56,120 nucleotides of DNA from Paramecium tetraurelia (taxonomy: Eukaryota): NCBI GenBank assembly GCA_000165425.1, contig CT868038.1:186001-242120 (forward strand), read 5' to 3'. Under the pieces are notes generated by a model, which was given only the letters and a program-made list of their open reading frames with translations, ran no database searches and was not told the DNA's origin. Within the stretch, counting starts at the first letter, position 1, and every line of letters begins with the position of its first letter. Below, piece after piece: positions 1 to 12,812 of the stretch. A program made the translations under genes and the position numbers.

Positions 1-961
1 TTTCCAGAGATGATCAAAACTGACAAAGTGAACTACCATTATTGGTTTAGTGCAATGGATAAATCGAGCTATTAGTTCTTGGAATAGTTTTATCCATTCC
101 ATATGGAAATGAAAGATCAATTACAATTCACTCCACATTATGCTATAGACAGATGTGGGATTTGCAAAAAGAACAATTACAACACTCGCAATTAACAATG
201 CTTATCTGGAGGTAGATATTGTGCAAGTGACCCTGATGCAGACGGTCCTTTGACTGGTCAAGATGCAGTAAGAGAAATTGTCAGACAATTGTGCATCTTC
301 AAATAAGACTAGTCCAAATGGTGGAGGTATGTTGTAAGGTACAGCGACATCTGTCTAACTTAAATGTAAGCAAAATAATGCTCAATCGAAGTCATGAAGA
401 AATTGAACATTAATCCTGAAACTATTCAGTCTTGCTATGACAAAAGCTTTAGTGCTGGCGATGATGAACTCGATGACAACACTTTACTTAGCGAATAGCA
501 TCAAATCAACCTCAACTACTCTGCCACATCTTGGCCCATCTTATACATCAATGACTTAAAATACAAAGGATCCTTGACTGTCTCTACTTATTCCTATAAT
601 TATGAAACCGGTGCCTAACAACTGATTGACACATCTCATTTCGGACCTTTATAAACCATCTGCAGAAGTTTCAAAGAGGAATCCCTTCCAAGTGTTTGTA
701 AATAAAGAATGATCGGATACATAGATGACGGAGTCTGGGTATTGTCTTCTCTCATCTTAGGTTGAACACTCTTAGAGTTCCAGCACATGGGTTATCTGGG
801 TAGTGGTACTCACTACAATGTTACTCCTGATGATTTGTACTACTTTCCTATACAAGAGAATGTTTAGAAAAGAAGCTAATGAACAAATTAATTAATAAGT
901 CAACATCCATCTGGCTCAATATTATGCATTGAATGAATAGGAGAAAAGTATGAGAAAGTGA
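1..961 (+). CDS. Vacuolar sorting receptor (plant VSR/BP-80 type), 5'-partial
   Basis: Code-6 translation includes FTPHY, QCLSGGRYCASDPD and GQDAVREIVRQLCIF, which are VSR luminal-domain motifs. After a 22-nt intron (739-760) come a TM helix (WVIWVVVLTTMLLLMICTTFLY) and a tail with AQYYAL (YxxL). TGA at 959-961. Confidence 0.85.
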
Positions 962-973
962 TTTCTTATATTA

Positions 974-2982
974 TCAATACAATTCAACCATTAATTCATT
1001 GACCAAATCTTCAAAGATGCAATCTGTTATCTCCACCAGTGTCTCTGTCTTATCGTGATATCTCCATTCATATTGATACTCCTCTAACTACACTCTTACT
1101 ATATTTCATACTTCGTTCTTTATGCACAATTAAAGTCTCTCGTTCCTTAATTGCTATAAATAGTCAGAATTCATCAAACTCTGCAGTACTTCCTCATAAT
1201 TTAAACTCGATTATATATTCTCATCATCATCATTTATCAATCCACACAATGTCGATGCATATTGGATCACTTTCTCCTTTGCCTTCTCCAATAACACACT
1301 CGCGTTCTCCTCATTGTACAAAGTAACTATTAAATTGCGATTGAATTCCCAAGGATATGGTTGACCATCACAATAATAGAACGGTCTATATTAATTTAGA
1401 ATCTCATTAAAAGTGTCAAAAATAGCTTTATTATGAATTTACTCATACGGATTACTACTTTGCTTAATCTATGATATTATCATACCTATATTTCTTAGAA
1501 TACACAATCTTAAATTGGAAATTCATATTTTTTGTCTTAGACTATATTATATCCATGAATCTTCCTTATTTTATCATATGGCTATAAACCATATGGGTAA
1601 TTCATCCTCTCTATAAATTGATTTAAATCTTCATCTAATTATAATAGACACCAATCATACTTATGATGCTAACACACAGTAATTCTACAAATAAATTAAC
1701 AGTTCCAACATTTGTCTAGATTTCTAAATTATATGGAGTGGCTTGAAATTCAAAATCCATATCCTTCCTTTTGAAATCCTACTACTAATTTTGTATTGGA
1801 TTATGTAAGTGTAAATCCTAAGACTCTAAATAACTTGAATCGGCAGACATTTATTCTAACTTTATTTGATAGTTTACATAACTATTAAATTACAATTGAA
1901 TTGTTTGATTCTAATTCTTAAATGAGTTTCATATCCTAAATAGTCTTTTGCTGAATTTTATTTGTTACACTTTGCATCTGTTGCAATATTTCTTGACACT
2001 TATGTAATTTATCTGTGGACTGTGATTTCCATTGCTCCAAGACTTAGCCATTTTTATTAAAAGATCGTGGTGATATCTTTTGTTATTCTAATAAAGTAGA
2101 AAATGCATCCATTTACATTTTAACTCTTACGTTGATAGTGGACTCTCTTTATTGGCAAATTTCATTGATGATATTGAGAGGCAGGCTTTCATGAAATGCC
2201 TTTTATTAATGCTTCAATTAGATGTCTATTTTTTCATGCAAACTAGTTTGTAATGCTTCATCAACTTTTTATTATTTGATATTCTTTAAAAATTATTGTA
2301 AATCTATGATTTATTTTTCATTCATCTATTGCAGTTCGTCAATTATTTGATTCATTAACATTCTATGGGGATCCTCACTGACAGAGAAAGTGTTCAATCT
2401 AATAGAGCTGACCTTGCTTATTTATGGTTAATAATATTAATTTTAGATTTTCTATTTTTTGTTTTTCTTAGTGAGCTTATTAGGCGAACCAATTGTAGTT
2501 TTATATTTGATCTTCTTCTTACTTTGACTTCTAATTTGTCTTTATTATGGACTCGACAATTTCTTGATCTTTTGTGGTGGTGACTTAGAGGGAGTCCGAC
2601 TTTTCGGGATTTTACTCTTAATGTAATGTTTTACGATATCTTTGAGGGGTTTTTGAGGGGAAGGTAGTGTTTTTTTTTAAGTAAGCATAGAACTCGTTTT
2701 TAATTTCATGGATTGGGGACTAAAAATGACTGAGAAATACCTTTTGGAAGTTTTCATCTTTGTTTTGAAGGAAGGTTTGAGATACATGGTCTTGCCATCA
2801 ACGCTACTATTTGGATTTAGTTTTTTGATTTTATCCAATTTGTCGATTGGAGTGGTTTCAGTCAAAAGGCAAGACGATCTTAGAGATTTGATTTCACTAG
2901 CTCTTATGCTCTACTTCAACTATTTAAGTTTGGCCTAAAGCTGTTGAATAGGAAGTATTTTCTAACGTCTCTATTTATTCAT
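974..2982 (-). CDS. Hypothetical protein with C-terminal DUF4378/CEP350-like domain
   Basis: ATG at 2982 (MNKQRRQKILPIQQLQAKLK...) is in frame with the ORF-track fragment TETTPIDKLDKIKK. The C-terminus ...DCIFEDLVNELMVELY-TGA(974) resembles the DUF4378 terminal helix. Internal introns not fully mapped. Confidence 0.6.
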
Positions 2983-3004
2983 AAATATATATATTATTAT
3001 ATAA

Positions 3005-3864
3005 TCATAACATAAATGCTTGCACAACCTAAAAGATGATAGTTTGAATAATTACAGAATTGTCTTGGACACCATAATTCCCAAACATGTTATGGCCTTT
3101 CATTTCTCTACCATTCACATACAATCTCATCTTCTATGGATTCTCCTATTATTATAACTCTTTTATTAGTAATTCCACCTTGTCTCCTGTGTTGTAAGAA
3201 ACCTCCTTGTCATTGTTCCATTTGGTACTTCTCAATTTAAACTAGATAGCGTAATCAAATACCTTAACAACCTTACGGTCAAAACTTTAGTAAAGATTTT
3301 GATCGTAAGATTGTTTCTAAGGGAAAGAAACAGGATTATGCATCACAAAAACAGGCAAATCGTATTTCTATCCTACAAAAGTCTTGATTAACAATAATAC
3401 CATGATTGTCGAAAACAATTTACATACTATTCTTGATTAGCTTTAAGTCAGCAGCTTACAAAATAGTTTTTGCAGTTCCTAACTCACAATAACAAGTACC
3501 TTCATCAGCTTCCAATGCAGCCTTTATCGTAGCCCAGTTTTCCTTCTGTCCCTCTATTCTGGATTCTATTTTTCTTAAACAACATAGATACCCCAGAATT
3601 CAGCTCTCTTTTATTGCCATTCCTCCTTAGATAGACGAGATTCATATGAATTTGCCTTTTTTATCCCTGTGCCAACAAATTGGTCTGGTATCAAAGTAAA
3701 GTAACTATTGTATTTCTGATTAACATTCAGTGGATGAGTAATTTCGATGATTTACGAATATTACTATCAAATCAATTTTATCTTACTTAGTAAGCCCTTT
3801 GTAATCTAGGATTAGAAGGGAGAGAAACTTCATTTTCTTAATTTTTTGTTGCGCAACTACCCAT
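3005..3864 (-). CDS. Ubiquitin domain-containing protein (DC-UbP/UBTD1-2 family)
   Basis: N-terminus MGSCATK (acylation motif). Motifs RIEGQKENWATIKAALEA and YDLPVFVMHNPVSF match the UBTD ubiquitin-binding domain. The ubiquitin-like C-terminus ends VVQAFML-TGA. Several tiny introns. Confidence 0.75.
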
Positions 3865-3886
3865 TTTTAATTATTAATTAATATAA

Positions 3887-6800
3887 TCACTTTTATGATG
3901 CATTGCTGCAAAAGCTAGAGTTTAAATCATCCTTAATCTACTCTTGCAGATTAGCATTCTCTTCCATCAAAGCCCTATTTGTCATAAGCAATCTCTCTAT
4001 TTATTCCTCACTCACTATAATAATAATCTTAACAACTTACATTTCAGCTTCGTTTACAACTGTTCTACCACTTGATTATTTACACTACTCTTATCCTTCT
4101 CCTCAAATTGTTTTTTTATAATATTGTTCAACTCCAAAATTTCATTCTAATATTGCTTATTCAACCCTTCTACTTAACTAACCTAATCCATCAGTTTCTG
4201 AATCTGTCTCTCACTCTCTTACTTCATCTAAACCATCTCATTTACTTTATTGTTCTCCCATTATTTTTGATCGTTTCTGATCATCTGTATCTCTTACCTC
4301 TGCTCTCCATTCTTCTGTTAAAGCAATCGAACCTAATTCTACCCATCTTGAAGTTAAAGAGTTAATTAATCTAATTGCTACTAGTACTATTATTCTTGCT
4401 TCTAAATTATCTATGTATTAACCTGCTATTATTGTTATAATGATTATTCTAACTGCTGATTTATTTATTTTAAACTATTGCTTTGAGATTCAATTCTTAT
4501 GAAATTCTATTGCATTTGATTAAACTAACTATCTAATTAAATATACTATTGACATTGATCAGCCAAAGCAGATTTTTATTCTCGAACTTGTTCTAATAAA
4601 CTTGATTTCTCATTTATCAATAAAGAATATCTCTTTTCTAAACTTTAATTCATACTTTATATTTCACCCATCTCTCTTTAAATTGCACTATTTTATTCTA
4701 CAATCTTCTCATTAATCTATTTTAATTCAAATAACATTTCTTATAAACTTTTGTTTGAATCCACTGATTCATTCTTCTAATATTCCATCTACTAATATTT
4801 AACTTCTAATTCTTCTTTATCTTTCTTAATCTTCTCCAATTCACTTTAATTATTATGATTCTCACTTCTTAACTCTTCAATACTACTCAATAAGTCGGCA
4901 TTATCTTAACTATGTTTCTCTAGAATCATTTCCAAGTTTTGGATTCTTAAGGATAATTCTTTATTATTCTCCTCAAATTGCTTAGATAATATTCTTTCTT
5001 GATTCAAATTATTCTCCATATCTTAATGTTAATTTTCGTAATGTTTCCTTTAATCCTCGACTTTTTAATTCCATTCAATCATTGATTCCTTGATCCTATT
5101 CTCTAATGATAATTTATCAGATAAATATTCCTTTTTTTACTATACAATTTCATTTTTATATTTATCCTCTTTGTCGGAAATTTCTTAAGTTAAAACTTTA
5201 ACCATATTATTTAACTCATTAATTTATTATTCTTATTTATTGAAATTCTAAATAAATTCAGTATTCTTCTGTTCATAAGTTATATTTGTATTGCTTAATT
5301 ATGTTATTTTATCTTCCAAACTCTGAATTTACTATTATTTTTGATTTAGTTAATCAGATTGCCCATTTATTTATTATTTTAATTCTTCATTCAATTCTTA
5401 GCTCTTATCATATTACTTGGTTATCTCCTAACTTTACACCTGCAATTACTATATTATATTTTCTTTATCCTTATTCTATGATTCCAACTTATCTAATTTG
5501 GTTTAAAATAACCTACAACTCTCTTCATTATAAGCCTAATCGGTTTAGATTTTATGATTCATTTCTTGTAATTATTTTTATAGATTATGATAATCCTCCT
5601 TAAGATTTCTTATTTAAGTATCTTATTCAAGAATAACTATATCTTTGTCTTCTATTTATTTCTACTTAAAATTTAACTCTGCCTAATGCTATTCTTTCTA
5701 AAAAGATGATGATTCTGAATTTGATTCTACTGCTTTCTCTAATTATTTAATAAGACTTTCCTATTTATGTATTTTATCCTATGATTCTATTAACTTGATT
5801 TTATTGTTGTCAAGCTCTATTTACTATTCAAAAATTTTTTTGTTAATATTAGCCACTTCTTTAACTTCAACTTATAAGTTTTTAATAATTTATTCATATT
5901 CCTTAATTTAATCTTATAATATTATTTTACATTTTGCATCCTCATCTTGTTGAATCTTTAGAGTATTTAGAATATCTTATTCATTCTTAATTTAACTATT
6001 TAATTTAGAAATTTAATTTTTTTAATCTTCTTCTATGATCAATAATTAGTTAATCTTTTATTCTTTCTCTAAATTATCCTTCTTTAATTAATTATTTATT
6101 AATTACTCTTAATCTAATTAATTCTCATTCACTAATTTAATATCATTTAACATACTAATCTAAACTTCCTACTCCTTCACTAATTATGTGGACTTTTTAT
6201 TTTCTAGTGTTAACTGCTCTAAAACTAATTCTACTTTCTCTTTTTCTTCCTTAAACTATTTTTATTGTTCCTGTATTTTATTTTACTCATCATTAATTAA
6301 CTTTTAAATGTTCAATATTTGGTTTTCAGAATCAATTAACTTTTAGTTTAAAGTTTAATTAATTGAATTAGAATTTTAATTTTAGACTTAATAAGCAATT
6401 TCATTTTCTTGAATCTAATTGTGATATTTTTTTATTTAATCTTCTTAGCTAATAAGTTATTATTGTAGATTTTAGATATTATTCTTCGAATTTTATAATT
6501 ATTCTTGCTAATCATCAATTTATTGTTAAAGACTTTATTATTTATTAATATTATTAATTTCCATCTGTTTTGATTCATTAATTTTTGCTTATAATTACTT
6601 TTCCTTTTCTTCTATTATGTTCTTATATTTGTAAATCTAATCTTCTTAAAGTTTTATTTATTATTGTAGATCTAAGGTATTATCTTAAGAATTCTTTAAT
6701 TATAAGTTGAGATCAACAATTAACTATTAAAGATTTTCTAATTTATTCTATAATTCTAAATTTAAATCATTAGATTAATTTATTTTAATTGATATAAGCT

Positions 6801-9800
6801 ATTCCTTTTACTGAATCACATTCTTTTATTAGCTAATTTAAACATCTTAATTTGCTACTTATTTTTATAAATCCAAGATATTACACTTTGAATTCTATAA
6901 TTATTCTTGCTAATCATCAATTTATTGTTAAAGACTTTATTATTTATTAATATTATTAATTTCCATCTGTTTTGATTCATTAATTTTTGCTTATAATTAC
7001 TTTTCCTTTTCTTCTATTATGTTCTAATATTTGTAAATCTAATCTTCTTTAAGTTTTATTTATTATTGTAGAGCTAAGGTATTATCTTAAGAATTCTTTA
7101 ATTATAAGCTTAGATCATCAATTATTTCTTAAAGATGTTCTTATTTATTCTATAATTCTAAATTAAGATTATTTGATTAATTTATTTTTAGCGATATAAG
7201 TTCTTCTTTTTAGTGTATCACTTTTTCTTACTAATTAATTTGAATTTCTTAATTTGCTATTTATTTTTATAAATCTTAGATTGTATTTTTAGCATTTTAC
7301 AATTATTCAGTAGAATCAGCAATTTATTTTTAAAGGCTTTGTTATTTATTATTATAATCAATTTCTAAATTTTTAGATTCTTTAATATTACTTTATATCT
7401 CCGTTTCCTTTTAATCTATTAGATTTTTATATTGTTTTATCTAATCTTCCTAACTTCTAGTTAATTTCTAGAGATCTTAGAGATTATTAATAGAAATTTA
7501 CAACTATTCATTTTAATTATTAATTACTTTTTAAAGATTTTCTATTGTATTCTTATTATCAATTTCGATCTTTTATTATTCATTAATCTAAATTTACAAT
7601 TAATTTTCTTTTTCTTCTATTAAATTCTTATATTGATTCATTTAATCCTCTTATAATTTTTTTAATTATTGTAAATTTTAGTTATTGTTTTTAGAAGTCT
7701 ATAATTATGAGTTTAGATCATCAATTAATTATTAAAGATTTTCTAATTTATTCTATAATTATAAATTCAGATCATTTGATTAATTTAGCTTAATTTACAT
7801 AAGCTCCTCCTTTTACTAGATCACATTATTTTATTAATTAATTTAAACATCCTAATTTGCTACTTATTTTTATAAATCCAAGATATTATTCTTTGAATTC
7901 TATAATTATTCTTACTAATCATCGATTTATTTTTAAAGACTATATTATTTATTAATATAATCAACTTCAATTTGTTTTGATTCATTAATTTTAGCTTATA
8001 TTTCCTTTTCCTTTTCTTCTATTATATTCTTATATTTGTTAATCTAATCTTATTAAAGATTTAGTTATTATTATAGATCTAAGTTATTATCTAAAGAATT
8101 CTTTAATTATAAGTTGAGATCATCAATTAACTATTAAAGATTTTCTAATTTATTCTATAATTCTAAATTTAAATCATTAGATTAATTTATTTTAATTGAT
8201 ATAAGCTATTCCTTCTACTGAATCACATTCTTTTATTAATTAATTTAAATTTCTTAATTTGCTATTTGTTTTTATAAATCCAAGACAATATTCTTTGAAT
8301 TCTATAATTATTCTTGCTAATCATCAATTTATTTTTATAGACTTTATTATTTATTAATATTATTAATTTCTATCTGTTTTGATTCATTAATTTTGGCTTA
8401 TAATTACTTTTCCTTTTCTTCAATTATATTTTTTTATTTATTAATCTAATCTTCTTAAAGATTTATTTATTATTGTAGATCTAAGGTATTATCTTAAGAA
8501 TTCTTTAATTTTAAGTTGAGATCATCAATTAATTATTAAAGTTTTTCTAATTTATTCTATAATTCTAAATTTAAATCTTTAGATTAATTTATTTTATTTG
8601 ATATAAGCTATTCCTTTTACTGAATCACATTCTTTTATTAGCTAATTTAAACATCTTAATTTGCTATTTATTGTTATAAATCCAAGACATTATTCTTTGA
8701 ATTCTATAATTATTCTTACTAATCATCAATTTATTGTTAAAGACTTTATTATTTATTTTTATAATCAACTTCAATTTGTTTTGATTCATTAATACAATTT
8801 TATATTTACTATTCCTTTTCTTCAATTAAATTCTTAAATTGATTAATTTAGTCCAATGAATTATTTATTTATTTTTATAAATCTTAAATGTCCTTCTTAG
8901 AATTTTATAATTATTCATTCTTATCAGCAATTACTTTTTCATAACTCTCATTTGTGTTATTAAATTACATCTGATTATTTTGTAATTCACCATTAATCTC
9001 ACATAATTTCTGCTCCAACGTTTTTATTTATTCTAAATGCAAATGTTCTTATTCAACATAATTTCCCTTTTATTACTTTACCTCAGACTGAAATTCATTA
9101 TATTATTATTCTAACTATGTGCTTAATAAACTTTGTTATTATTTTAAATTTTTATTTTCCTCTTCTAAATTGATAAAAAGCTTCTATAATTTTTAGTTTT
9201 CATCTAGTGCTTATTAGTGAAGCACAATAAATCTTTTCAACTCGCTTTCTTATTAGGCAAACATTTATTAATTTTGGCTGCATTCATTCAGTTATTATGT
9301 CAATTTCTCAACCTTTTCAATTAATTATAACTTTTCTCTTTCTACTTTGCCATTTTCTTCCAATAGTTTATTGTTCAAAATTTACTATTGCTTTAATTCG
9401 TTGCTAAAAGTTATACAATTTTGTTCTAGCTTATTAATTTCATCCTAATTTAAATCCTTCTATTATTGCAATTAAAATTCATACTAGATAGAAATATGAT
9501 TTATTTCTTTATCCTTTTCTCCCATTTCTTTTTAGAATCTCAATTAAATCTGCTACAATTCATCTTCTAATTTTTTAATTTAATCATTATTTTAAACTTT
9601 TTTAGGGCTAGGACTTCCATAAATAGGTAATTTTCCATAGGCTTTTTCAAAATCAGTGTTTGATTATTATAGTTTTCGATTTTCTCGTGTTAAAAAGTCT
9701 ATCTACTTTTATAAAGGATCCATTTGTTACATTAAGGCCAGACTTTATTTAACTTCTGATTGATTTTATTATTGTAATTAGTTAATTATTTCCTTTTAGC

Positions 9801-12798
9801 TAGCTCCTTATTTAGTTAATTGATTTATTTTATCTTATAAAGCTTGATTGGAATCTTCTACTTATTTTAATCTGCGTTATATATCTAAATTTTATTGAGT
9901 TAAATTTGTATTATTGGAAATGAGTTCTAATATCTGATTTTATTGCTATTAAAATTTCAATTAATCGATTTACACCCCAGTCTAATCATTTTTTAAATGA
10001 TTCAATTCTTATTTTAATTCATTTATTCTATTTTATTTTGAATGGATTTAACTTTTTTGATCTTATACTTATTATTCTAATTAATTACTCTTTGTTAGAA
10101 TCTACTCCAACTCTGATTGCTAATTAGTAACTATTTTTTCTAGTTCAACTATTTTTGTTTTATGAATTTCATCTAATTTTAGTTATTATTGATTAATTAT
10201 AATCTATTTATCTTAATTTTGCTACTCTATGTTAGATAAATCAAGCAATAGTTTCTTCTATTAATCTTCTAATTAATGAATATGACTGTTTTTTGAATTG
10301 ATTTCTTCCTACAAGGTGTTAATTTAATTTGATAATTTTTCCTTTTAATCTTAATATGCACTTTCCTATTAAATTAAGGTCTATTAACTTAGTTCATATA
10401 AATTTTAAATATTATGATAATTCTTTTATACCTTCTCTAATAGTTTTTAATATTTGTTAATAATTCTTAAAAGATTTTTATCTAAACTATCCATCTTGAT
10501 TTATAAGTTATTCTTTATCTTTTCTGTCAATTCCTCTGTAAATAATACCATTTAATAATTGATGTTTGGAAATACTTGATCGAAGACTGAAACTTCTGTT
10601 GTTTCACCATTACTTAAATTGAAATTTTAAATTTATTCTTCTTTAATAGAATTTAAATTACTTTATAAATCATTTTTGATAACAAGTTCAAGTTAAAGTT
10701 GATTTTATAAATTAGAAAGTTCTATATCTGATGACGCAATTTTTAGATTCAAGGATTCATTTTCTATCTACAATTGTTTGAGTTTGTTCTCACTTTCAAT
10801 CAATTGAATTTCAAAGTTATTATTTATCCTTGTTAATTCTTCAATCTTTAAATCTTATGATTTAGCTTGAGCTAGAATTTAGTTTTAGAAATCTAATGAT
10901 TGGCTTTGTTAATCTTCTTGAAGTAGTTTTATTTAATTTTCAAGTTCTAACTTTGATTCTTCAATTTCTTTAAACTAAATTTATAGCTTTGTGTTTTATA
11001 ATGTTAGATTTTCAATAGTTTGATCTTTTTATTTTAAAGATTCCTCCTAATTTTCAAGTTAATTCTCTAGTTTAGGTTGAATTTAAGATAACCTTTATAC
11101 TTTTAAATTGGATTCAGAATTTTCACTAAAGAGCTTTTAAATTTCGGTAGTTTTAGAATGAAGTTCTTACTTGTATTGCTTAATTTATTTTTCATAAATT
11201 TCTAATCTTAGTTAGATTAATCGAATTTTTTCTGTTAATTTATTACAAAGCGCATCAAAATTCAATTGTTGTGATTTTTCAGTAACTGGTTCTTCACTTG
11301 AATCACTAGAATCAGAACTTTCATTAGAAGTGATGGCTTCTAATTATTTGTCGTGGGATATGAGAAAGTTTTAATACTTAGTTATATCTTCCTCTAATTT
11401 AGATTGTGCTTGTACTTGAACTTATAATTAACGATTCAACATTTCAACAACATGTACTTATTTTTGTTTTTCTTATTTTAGATCTTCTATTTAATGTTGT
11501 GATTCTAGAAGTTAGATTTCAAATTCTGAATTTTTCTAACAAATAATAGTAGATTCTTTCTATTGGTTTAATTCATTTTACTTGATTTCATTGATAAGTT
11601 TGTTATTATGCAAAATCAAGTCTTCATTTTTTTATTCCAATAATCGAACATCATGATTGAGTTTCGATATAGTCGTCTCTTACATTTGTTTAACTTAAAT
11701 ATGTTTAACTTCAGAATCTTTCAATTCGGATGTAAGATTAGATATCTATTATTGTAAATTATCGATTTAATTTAGTAATTCTTAATTGTTCTTTTCGATA
11801 ATTTGGGCTTCATAAAGATGTAAGAATTCTAGATCTTAATACTATTATTATATTAGTGTTAATTTATCCTTTTGCTCTTGAATAAGTTATTAAAAGGATG
11901 AAATCTCACTTTCTTTCTATTATAATATAATCTCCAGTTAGTTACTCTGATTCAGCAAATTGGAATTTTGTAATTATACCATTTCTTATTGAGATTCAGC
12001 AGCTGATTGCAACTATATTGAGGAGGGTATGACTTGCATTTCCTAGGTTTGCTATTGGAATTATTATTTTAGGAGGTTGTTTTCATTGAGGAGATCAGAT
12101 AATTGAATTTGAAGGGTTTGGTTGTGTTACTCTAGTGTGTTGATCTAAGATTGAAGAGTCTGGGATTGATTAGCATTTGCTTCTATTAATTCTAGATTGG
12201 TTTTGTTTAATAATTTGTTATCATTTAAGATGAGAGTGATTTCTTCGTCTTTATCTTGGATTAGGTTTTGGATTTGCTCGATTTTATTTTCATAATCAAC
12301 TTTTTGCAGATCCAAATTAGCCTTAAGCTGATTGTTTTATTCGTTTAATATTGAGGAGTTGTCATTGAATTTGGAAAGTTCAAGTTTTTTGACATCTAAG
12401 GATTTACGCAGGTCTATAATTTCCCTTTGATAATCTTAATTTTTGAGATGAATCAATTTGATTTGTTGCTTGAGTTCTATGATTTAATCTTTATATTATT
12501 TGTTCTTTTTGTCATACTTGGTTTGAAGCAATTGGTTTTGCAAGACAGATTAAGTGAATTTGGTTTGGAGTTCCATATTTTGTTGTTGATAGTTCTAAGA
12601 TTCATTTCTAAGATCTTCGATGAGGGATAATTGCTGAGACAAGGCTAGATGATGTTCGGATCTGAGAGTGTCAATTTATTGATTCGACGCTTCTATTTCT
12701 TCATTAAGGACTTGGATGTCTTCTTATAATTTTTGGATGAGGAGAGTTTGGTTTTTATTGACCTGTTTGAGAAGCGCCTCATTATTTGAATTTAACAT
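3887..12798 (-). CDS. Giant Q/E/K-rich coiled-coil protein (~2,960 aa) with internal 67-aa tandem repeats
   Basis: ATG at 12798 (MLNSNNEALLKQVNKNQTLLIQKLQEDIQ...) is in the same frame as the repeat array. One 26-nt intron (4015-4040) restores frame to ...QEQIKDDLNSSFCSNASQK-TGA(3887). Additional 3n introns are possible. Confidence 0.8.
6420..8960 (-). repeat. Intragenic tandem array of 13 x 201-bp (67-aa) units with A/B dimer higher-order structure
   Basis: The anchor ATCATCAATT (and variants) recurs at 6511, 6712, 6913, 7114, 7315, 7516, 7717, 7918, 8119, 8320, 8521, 8722 and 8923, an exact 201-bp spacing. Alternate units are near-identical (402-bp period). Confidence 0.92.
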
Positions 12799-12812
12799 TA
12801 ATATTTTAAAAA

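Noticed and set aside
1039..5603. Plus-strand ORF-track entries rich in L/I/F/S (1039, 2365, 2708, 3903, 4072, 5286)
   Set aside because: They are antisense shadows of minus-strand Q/E/K-rich code-6 genes, not membrane proteins.
6420..8960. Repeat array as CRISPR or satellite DNA
   Set aside because: There are no unique spacers and no cas genes. The period is a multiple of 3 and the units translate in frame within a coiled-coil CDS.
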